Source: Selaginella moellendorffii
Lineage: Eukaryota; Plantae; Lycopodiophyta
Assembly: GCF_000143415.4 (NCBI RefSeq)
Contig: NW_003314307.1
Location: 568,859 to 632,858, forward strand
Length of the DNA stretch: 64,000 nt
Direction: 5' to 3'
A program made the position numbers and the translations under genes. The notes under the pieces are model-generated. The model saw nothing but the letters and a program-made list of their open reading frames with translations, was not told where the DNA came from and searched no databases. This document shows positions 63,545 through 64,000 of the stretch, one piece after another. Each line of letters begins with the position of its first letter. Position 1 is the first letter of the stretch.

Positions 63545-64000
63545 CTGGGATGAATGCCCAAAGTGAGGTTTTATATGGGGAGCAAGGTTAAATTAAGGGG
63601 GTTCCAAATGTGTAGTAGGAATAATGGGTAGGTTAGGTATAGTTGACTAATTTAAGATATTGTTTAGCTCCCTACTAGCCATATTTGTTCTTACTCTACA
63701 TATGGCTTGAGTTTAAGCCCAAACTTTATATTAGGCCATTAGTATATTGAAATAGCTCTAGACTCTATTTAGCTCTAATTTCCATGTTAGTTTTGGCATT
63801 GAGATGTCAAATGTTCAATATGTTTTTATTCTTTTGCTCTTTGATTGTATGATTGGGAGTTTGGCTTTGTCTCTTTGTTAGTGGCTAAGGCTTTGAAACT
63901 TAAGCCTCACTGCATTGCCCTTGACACATAGGTCTAAGGGATAGAATCTGTTATATGGTTATCTTATAGTAATTCACTAAAGTGTCAAAGGTGAAAACTA
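63545..64000 (+). repeat. Highly decayed LTR-A 3' half
   Basis: ggggttccaaatgtgtagtaggaataatgggtaggttagg... is collinear with ~6490-7055. Confidence 0.7.

Overview
Eukaryotic, intron-containing plant DNA. Short GT-AG introns, very compact genes, a SAS-6 gene and a P-type PPR gene suggest a lineage with flagellated sperm, most likely Selaginella (inference, not verified). 1-16.6 kb and 51-64 kb are nests of Ty3/gypsy-type LTR retroelements from three related LTR families (named A, B, C here). Their internal regions have no recognisable intact ORF and many insertions keep their 5-bp TSDs. 18.0-23.7 kb is a tight gene island: DUF1365 (-), SAS-6 (-) and a MORN-repeat gene (+). 27.7-46.9 kb is a ~6.3-kb inverted duplication of a mosaic pseudogene-like locus plus a rearranged third copy. 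Its spacer holds an intronless OHCU-decarboxylase (TTL) fragment fused in frame to gag-like sequence, followed by a PPT and a short LTR. A deletion-riddled PPR pseudogene and a Helitron-like 3' end follow. The most notable signal is a 195-bp solo LTR (57842-58036, TSD CCTCC) carrying a 55-nt 5S rRNA internal-promoter segment, i.e. a Cassandra-type TRIM. Two decayed near-full-length relatives, a 5S-less sister mini-LTR and a larger LTR family with near-identical termini are in the same window. Two N gaps (32806-32905, 35706-36472) limit interpretation of the inverted duplication. All alignments were made by eye.
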